Source: Gemmatimonadales bacterium (GTDB lineage: Bacteria > Gemmatimonadota > Gemmatimonadetes > Gemmatimonadales > GWC2-71-9). Taken from it: a stretch of DNA of 64,000 nt. Positions 58,296-64,000 of this stretch are shown in pieces (within the stretch, counting starts at the first letter, position 1; each line of letters opens with the position of its first letter). The notes beneath the pieces were generated by a model that had not been told where the DNA came from, did no database searches, and saw nothing but the letters and a program-made list of their open reading frames with translations. The DNA lies in contig JBBCJC010000003.1 of NCBI GenBank assembly GCA_037189525.1, positions 288,001 to 352,000 on the forward strand. The letters are read 5' to 3'. The position numbers and the translations under genes are program-made.

Positions 58296-59354
58296 GTGGA
58301 GGCCAAGCTCCGCCAGGCGTTGGGGCGGGCGGAGGTGGTCTCTCGCGAGCTCACCGATCCGGATCTCGCCAAAGATCCGACCCGCATTTCCGCCCTTGGG
58401 CGCGAGCACGCTCGGCTCGCGCCCATCGTGCGTTTGGGCGAGCAGTACCTCCGACTGCAGGAAGACCTTCGCCAGGCTCGTGAACTCGAGCAGGCCGAGG
58501 ATCCCGATCTGGCCGACCTGGCCCGATCGGACATCGAACGGGTCGAGGCCGAGTTGGCGCATATCGAACCCGTCCTGGGCGACCTCCTCGTCCCCCGTGA
58601 TCCCCTCGAAGACCGCAACACCATCGTCGAAATCCGCGCCGGTACCGGCGGGGACGAAGCCGCCCTTTTTGCCGGCGATCTGCTGCGGATGTACACCCGC
58701 TTTGCCGAACGGCACGGGCTCAAGGTCGAAACGATCTCGTTGAGCGACGCAGCCCTGGGCGGCGTGCGGGAAGCCGTGATCGGCGTCAAAGGCGCCGAAG
58801 CGTATGGCTTGCTGCGCTGGGAGTCGGGAGTCCACCGGGTCCAGCGTGTTCCCGCCACCGAAACCCAAGGGCGGATCCATACCTCGGCCGCGACGGTTGC
58901 TGTGCTGCCCGAAGCGGAGGAGGTCGACGTCAGGATCGACCCGCAGGATCTTCGCATCGATGTCTTCCGGTCGAGCGGCCCCGGGGGACAGAGCGTCAAC
59001 ACCACGGACAGCGCGGTGCGGATCACCCACCTGCCCACCGGCATCGTCGTGTCGCAGCAGGACCAGAAATCGCAGTTGCAGAACAAGATCAAGGCGATGG
59101 AAGTGCTGCGGGCCCGGCTGCTCGATCGGATGATCGCGGAGCAGGAAGGCGCCCGGGCCCGCGAGCGGAAGGCGATGGTCGGCACCGGCGACCGATCCGC
59201 CAAGATCCGGACGTACAACTATCCGCAGAGCCGGGTCACCGATCACCGGATCAATCTGTCGGTGCACAATCTGAGCGACGTGATGGACGGTGACCTCGAC
59301 GACCTCGTCAAAGCGCTCCGATTGGCGGGTCGGCAGGAAGCGGATCAGGGCTGA
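58296..59354 (+). CDS. prfA: Peptide chain release factor 1
   Basis: EIRAGTGG, PAT (PxT) anticodon mimic, GGQ, IRTYNYPQSRVTDHR. Confidence 0.96.
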   Translation: MEAKLRQALGRAEVVSRELTDPDLAKDPTRISALGREHARLAPIVRLGEQYLRLQEDLRQARELEQAEDPDLADLARSDIERVEAELAHIEPVLGDLLVPRDPLEDRNTIVEIRAGTGGDEAALFAGDLLRMYTRFAERHGLKVETISLSDAALGGVREAVIGVKGAEAYGLLRWESGVHRVQRVPATETQGRIHTSAATVAVLPEAEEVDVRIDPQDLRIDVFRSSGPGGQSVNTTDSAVRITHLPTGIVVSQQDQKSQLQNKIKAMEVLRARLLDRMIAEQEGARARERKAMVGTGDRSAKIRTYNYPQSRVTDHRINLSVHNLSDVMDGDLDDLVKALRLAGRQEADQG

Positions 59355-59357
59355 TCC

Positions 59358-60212
59358 GTGGTGGCCGAACCACCCACGCTGCAGCGTGCGCTTTCGGCCG
59401 CGACCGCGATTCTGGCAGGCGCCGGGGTGTCCGAGCCACGCCGGGAAGCGCTCCGCCTCTTCAGCGACGTGCTCGATCAGCCGGTGCCGGCGTTGCTGCT
59501 CGACGACCGGCAGGTGCTCGCCCCCGAGATGGCGGCGCATCTCGACGCGCTGGTGCGCCGGCGCGCGGCCGGCGAACCGCTGGCCTACGTGACGGGTGTC
59601 GTCGGCTTTCGTCACCTGGTCTTGCGGAGTGACCGGCGGGCGCTGATTCCTCGCCCCGAAACGGAAGGGTTGGTCGACCGGGTCCTGGCGACCGGCTGCC
59701 GCGGCACGGTGGTCGACATCGGAACCGGAACCGGATGTATTGCCCTGGCGCTGGCCAGCGAGGGCGGCTTCGAGCGGGTGGCCGCGGTCGATCGGTCGGC
59801 GGATGCTCTGGCGCTTGCCGCCGAGAACCGGCGCCGGACCGGGATCGGGATCCAGCTCATTCAGGGTGACCTGACGGGGGCGGTGCGCTCCCGGTGTGTC
59901 GAGGTCGTGGTATCGAACCCGCCGTATCTCACCCAAGCCGAGTATCTTGCGGTGGCGGCATCGGTTCGGGACTACGAACCGGTCGAAGCGTTGAGCAGCG
60001 GTGCCGACGGGTTGAGCGCGACGCGGTTGCTGGCCCGGGATGCCGGGCGGGTCGTTGTGCAGGGGGGCTGGCTCGTCATCGAGATCGCGGCAGACCGGCC
60101 GGCGGAGTCCGCTGCGCAGGTGGCGGCGGCGGGATGGTCGGACATCCGGATCGAATCGGACTTATTCGCGCGCCCGCGATATTTGATGGCGCGATGGAGG
60201 AAGCATGATTGA
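59358..60212 (+). CDS. prmC: Release factor glutamine methyltransferase
   Basis: GEPLAY, LIPRPETE, DIGTGTG, NPPY; follows prfA. Confidence 0.94.
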   Translation: MVAEPPTLQRALSAATAILAGAGVSEPRREALRLFSDVLDQPVPALLLDDRQVLAPEMAAHLDALVRRRAAGEPLAYVTGVVGFRHLVLRSDRRALIPRPETEGLVDRVLATGCRGTVVDIGTGTGCIALALASEGGFERVAAVDRSADALALAAENRRRTGIGIQLIQGDLTGAVRSRCVEVVVSNPPYLTQAEYLAVAASVRDYEPVEALSSGADGLSATRLLARDAGRVVVQGGWLVIEIAADRPAESAAQVAAAGWSDIRIESDLFARPRYLMARWRKHD

Positions 60213-60558
60213 GGAACGTGCGCTCGACCTGGGCCGCCTGATCGGCCAATCGACCGAGTATCAGGCGCTGCGTCGCGCGGAAGCGGCGCTCAAAGACGAT
60301 ACCGAGACGGTCGCCAAGCTCGACCAGATCCAGACGCTGGCTCGGCAGATCGACCAGCTCGTGTCCCAGGGCCAGATGCCCGATGAGGCGATGACGCAGT
60401 CGTACGAGGAAGCCGTGCGGGCGCTCGAGTTGTCGGTGGTGGGGCAGGCGTACGTCGTGGCCCGCTCGAACTTCGATAAGCTGATGGCCCGGGTCAATCA
60501 GCAGATGTCGACCGGGATCGAGCGCGGCGCGACCAGCAACATCATCACGCTGGGCTGA
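60205..60558 (+). CDS. YlbF/YmcA (Com_YlbF)-family helical protein
   Basis: A..LG..I..S.EY..L..A...L..D pattern; all-helical 117 aa. Confidence 0.7.
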   Translation: MIEERALDLGRLIGQSTEYQALRRAEAALKDDTETVAKLDQIQTLARQIDQLVSQGQMPDEAMTQSYEEAVRALELSVVGQAYVVARSNFDKLMARVNQQMSTGIERGATSNIITLG

Positions 60559-61190
60559 TGACCGGCGTGTTCGTCGTGCTGGAAGGTCCGGAAGGCGCCG
60601 GGAAGACCACCCTGGCGCGCTACCTTGCGGAACGCCTTCGCACGGCGGGTATCGAACCTGTCCTGGTTCGTGAACCCGGAGGGACGACCGCGGCCGAGGC
60701 GTTGCGCGCCGAGCTGCTGCACGACGACCGGGAATGGACGCCCGAAGCGGAGTTGCTCTACATCGCCGCGGCTCGGGCGGATCTCGTAGCCAAGGTGATT
60801 CGGCCCGCGCTGGCTGCCGGCCGAATGGTGCTGTCCGATCGCTACGATCTGTCGACCCATGCGTACCAGGTGGCGGGCCGGGGCTTGCCCGAGCCGCAGG
60901 TAGCCTGGGTCAATCGGGCGGCCACCGGGGGACTCACGCCGCGTTTGACGCTGGTGCTCGACGTCCCGCCCTCGGTCGGTCGAGAGCGCCAGCTGGGCAG
61001 CGGGAAAGCGCGCGATCGGCTCGACCGAGAAGGTGAAGCGTTTCACGAGCGGGTGGCTCGAGCGTACCGCGCGGCAACCGGTCCAGGCATCGTCCACCTC
61101 GATGCCACCGAGGGACCGGAGCAGTTGGGTGAAGCAGCATGGCAGGCCGTGGTGCGCGCCTGTCCTGACCTTGTCGGAGGAACGGTGTGA
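60558..61190 (+). CDS. tmk: Thymidylate kinase
   Basis: EGPEGAGKTT, REPGGT, DRY..ST.AYQ. Confidence 0.95.
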   Translation: MTGVFVVLEGPEGAGKTTLARYLAERLRTAGIEPVLVREPGGTTAAEALRAELLHDDREWTPEAELLYIAAARADLVAKVIRPALAAGRMVLSDRYDLSTHAYQVAGRGLPEPQVAWVNRAATGGLTPRLTLVLDVPPSVGRERQLGSGKARDRLDREGEAFHERVARAYRAATGPGIVHLDATEGPEQLGEAAWQAVVRACPDLVGGTV

Positions 61191-62488
61191 CGCGGTTCAA
61201 GACGTTCCTGGTGGGCCTGGTCGCAATCGGCGCCTTCTTCCTGGGCGGATGGTTGCTCCGCAAAGGACTCACGCCGGTGGCTCCTCCCCCGGCCCCGGTC
61301 GCTTCGGTTGGCGGTACCCGCCTCTTCAATTCGGTGGTGCAGACGGTTCGGGCCTATGCGGTCGACTCGCTCGACGAGTCGGGCGTCTATCGCCTGGCCG
61401 CTTCCGGCGTGCTTGGCGAGCTGGGCGATCCCTACGCGGGCCTGGTAGCGGATCGGGACACCGCCGCGGCGCGGGAGCGGATCGGTCCGGCGCCGGTCCA
61501 GGGTCTCTACCTCGATCTGGCCGACGGGTTCGTTACCACGGTGTCCGTGGTTCCGGGGTCGCCGGCTGCGGTTGCCGGGATTCGGGCCGGCGACGCGGTC
61601 CTCCGGGTCGGCGAAACGAACATCCGGATGCAGTCGGCCGACGAGGTCGCTGCACTGATCGATGGCAAGCGGGGCACCACGGTGTCGTTGCGACTCGGCC
61701 GCGAAGGTGCCACCGCGGCGCTTCGGATCGAGCTGACGCGGGGGCCGGTGCCGGCCATCCCGGAGCCCAGCCTGCAGACTCTCGACGATGGCACTTCGCA
61801 TTTGCGCGCCTACCGTATCGATCGGACCGCCATCGGTATGCTCGATCAGGCGCTGCGGAATGGCGGCCAGGGGCGTCCGGGTCTGGTCATCGATCTGCGC
61901 GGCGCGGTGGAAGGCACCCTGGCCGATGCGGTGACCTTTGCCACCCGGTTGCTCGATCGAGGGCAGTCCGTCGTGATCGTTCGGCGGCGCCCGGCGGATG
62001 ATTCGACGGCGGCGGCCGGCGAGGTGGAACTCCGGCATGTGGAAACGCCGGTCGTGGTACTGGTCGATCGCGGCACCGCCGGCGCTGCGGAGGTCGTAGC
62101 CGGTGCGCTGCAGGATCACGATCGGGCGGCCATCGTCGGCGAAACGACGTTCGGGCGCGCCGGCCGATCCTCCTTCTTCCCGTTGGGCGACGGGCTTTCC
62201 CTGCGTCTCACCACCGAACTGTGGGTCACGCCGAGCGGACGGGTGATTCAGCGCACCTTGCCGTTGCAGCAGACCGAGGCCTCGGTCGACACCGCCGAAG
62301 TGCGTCCCGAGTTCCGCACCGAGGGCGGCCGGGTCGTGCTGGGCGGCGGCGGCGTAGTCCCCGATCGCGAAGTGACCAACGTCGGTGAAGTGAGCGACCA
62401 GACCGATCCCGCCATGCTTGCTGCGCGCCAACTGCTGGCCCGCGCGCCGGACCGGAAATCGCTGATCGCTGCGCTGACCAGCAACTGA
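61187..62488 (+). CDS. S41/CtpA-family PDZ protease homologue, catalytic residues substituted
   Basis: LGDPY, PGSPAA.AGI..GD PDZ, IDLRG, TAGAAEVVAGALQDHDRA, TFGRA, TPSGR.I, GGV.PD. Confidence 0.85.
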   Translation: MTRFKTFLVGLVAIGAFFLGGWLLRKGLTPVAPPPAPVASVGGTRLFNSVVQTVRAYAVDSLDESGVYRLAASGVLGELGDPYAGLVADRDTAAARERIGPAPVQGLYLDLADGFVTTVSVVPGSPAAVAGIRAGDAVLRVGETNIRMQSADEVAALIDGKRGTTVSLRLGREGATAALRIELTRGPVPAIPEPSLQTLDDGTSHLRAYRIDRTAIGMLDQALRNGGQGRPGLVIDLRGAVEGTLADAVTFATRLLDRGQSVVIVRRRPADDSTAAAGEVELRHVETPVVVLVDRGTAGAAEVVAGALQDHDRAAIVGETTFGRAGRSSFFPLGDGLSLRLTTELWVTPSGRVIQRTLPLQQTEASVDTAEVRPEFRTEGGRVVLGGGGVVPDREVTNVGEVSDQTDPAMLAARQLLARAPDRKSLIAALTSN

Positions 62489-62490
62489 TC

Positions 62491-63357
62491 GTGCCTCCCA
62501 TCCCGACGACCATCATCGTCGGCGCCGGCCGAATGGGCCGGGGCCTCGGCCAGTTGCTGGTCGATCGCGGGGCGTCGGTGCGCTTTGCCGTTCGGGCCTC
62601 GCGCAGTGAATTGCCGGCGCCGTTCGGTCTGCGCACCGACCCTGCGACCTATCGAGGAGGGCGCTGGATCATCCTCGCCACGCCCGACGATGCCATTCGG
62701 CCCACGGCGGCGGATCTCGGCGCCCTGGGTGTGGTGAGCCGGACCAGCGTCATTTTCCATCTCTCCGGCGCGCGGAGCACTTCCGACGTCCTCAAACCGC
62801 TTCGGTTGACCGGTGCGGCGCTCGGATCATTCCATCCGCTCCAGAGTCTGGCGGTCCCGGCAACGGCGGTCGAACGCCTTCCGGGCTCGTTCGTGGGCAT
62901 CGAGGGCGATCCGCGGGCGGTTCGCGCGGCGCGGCGACTGGCTCGTTTTCTCGACATGACACCGGTGGCCATTCCTGAAGACGGGCGGGCAGCCTACCAC
63001 GCCGCCGCTACGTTCGTATCGGGCTATGTGACGGCGTTGTATGCGACGGCCGTCGAAATTGCCGTCGAAGCTGGCGTCGAGGCGCGGGCTGCTCGCCGGA
63101 TGTTTCGCCCGTTGCTCGAGGGGACGGTGGCGAATCTGGGGTTGTTGCCGCCGGCGCGTGCCATGACGGGCGCGGTGCCCCGAGGCGATCTGGCGACGGT
63201 GGAAGCGCATCTGGATGCGCTGCGCGGCGAGCATCGCGACGTGTATGCGGCGTTGGGACGCCGGGCCGTTGCGCTGGCCCGGACGCTTCCTGATCCGTCC
63301 CCTCGTCTGGACGCGATTCTCCGAACGCTCAGCGGCAAGCCTCGCAGCCGGCGTTAG
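62491..63357 (+). CDS. Rossmann-like and DUF2520 domain oxidoreductase
   Basis: GAGRMG, TPDDAI, HLSGA, FHPLQS, YHAAA, TG...RGD..TV..HL. Confidence 0.88.
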   Translation: MPPIPTTIIVGAGRMGRGLGQLLVDRGASVRFAVRASRSELPAPFGLRTDPATYRGGRWIILATPDDAIRPTAADLGALGVVSRTSVIFHLSGARSTSDVLKPLRLTGAALGSFHPLQSLAVPATAVERLPGSFVGIEGDPRAVRAARRLARFLDMTPVAIPEDGRAAYHAAATFVSGYVTALYATAVEIAVEAGVEARAARRMFRPLLEGTVANLGLLPPARAMTGAVPRGDLATVEAHLDALRGEHRDVYAALGRRAVALARTLPDPSPRLDAILRTLSGKPRSRR

Positions 63358-63378
63358 TGCGGCCGGCGTTAGGCGTCG

Positions 63379-64000
63379 TCAGGTCGGCGGGGCGACCACT
63401 CGGACCCCCGACGGAACCGCGAAGGTGAAGGTGCCTGCCGGGGTCGGGGCGTTCGGTCTGAGCCGGCTCAGATCCAGGACCCGCCTGAGGCCCGCGCCCT
63501 CGATCAGCTCGATCCGGCGCGGCAATGCATCCTCCACACCGAGCCAAATCCGCGCCCGGCTGAACGGCACACTGGCCACGCGCGGGACCAGATCGATCAC
63601 GTCTACCCGCCGGCCGTCGGCGGTTTCCTGCCCGACATAGGTGGCCGTGTAACGCTCGCGGGGGCGATCCAGCAGCTGCGCAAGGAAGTTGGCGCCGTAG
63701 ACCGGGTCACTCGGCACCGGCGAACGGTAGACCACGTTCGGGGCGGTGCTCGGCGTATAGGTCCAGATGTGGTTTCCGTCGATGACGATGGCCTCGCCGG
63801 CCGGATCGGTGAACCGCATGGCAAACCGGTTGGCGCCGGCCTGAATCACGGTGCCGCGGCTGGTCAGCGTATCGCCCTGCGAGCGGTCTTCGATGGTCTG
63901 GACGAAGTTGGCCTGGAGCGAATTCAAGCCACGATAGATTCGCCCGGCGCGCCCGACGATATCGGCCGGGTCCTGGGCCGAGGCCTGATTGGCGGCCAGG
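63379..64000 (-). CDS. lolA: Outer-membrane lipoprotein carrier LolA family (5' end outside window)
   Basis: Frame open to the window edge (..ASAQDPADIVGRA..); ANFVQ, IVIDG..IW.Y.P, F.F.VP.GV.V. Confidence 0.8.
   Translation of the reverse strand, partial: LAANQASAQDPADIVGRAGRIYRGLNSLQANFVQTIEDRSQGDTLTSRGTVIQAGANRFAMRFTDPAGEAIVIDGNHIWTYTPSTAPNVVYRSPVPSDPVYGANFLAQLLDRPRERYTATYVGQETADGRRVDVIDLVPRVASVPFSRARIWLGVEDALPRRIELIEGAGLRRVLDLSRLRPNAPTPAGTFTFAVPSGVRVVAPPT

Overview
High-GC, gene-dense bacterial chromosome segment. The gene content suggests Gemmatimonadota (inference): ADOP permease with PadR, many ECF sigma/anti-sigma pairs, DUF4097 proteins, a plug-only TonB-receptor protein and a short FCB-type SigA. 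About 65 CDSs can be supported. No rRNA, tRNA, CRISPR array, integrase or transposase was recognised. Highlights: (1) a translationally coupled four-gene operon (10570->6434) that looks like a complete bacterial ceramide pathway (Spt, GNAT-type ceramide synthase, epimerase-type ceramide reductase) plus an Aur1/Ipt1-like head-group phosphotransferase; (2) a perfect Rex/CRP-type operator over back-to-back promoters for a blue-copper lipoprotein and a tandem CxxCxxCC protein; (3) an M6 metalloprotease with a dockerin-like tail coupled to a small beta-rich lipoprotein, a possible cohesin-like anchor; (4) a hairpin-dense intergenic region that may be an ncRNA; (5) an apparently autoregulated Crp / metallo-beta-lactamase-fold hydrolase / CsgG-like TPR module; (6) a CtpA/S41 homologue lacking both catalytic residues inside the rpmE-prfA-prmC-tmk operon; (7) two genes that appear to start at CTG codons overlapping the upstream stop (CTGA). 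All family assignments come from motif recognition by eye, not from database searches.
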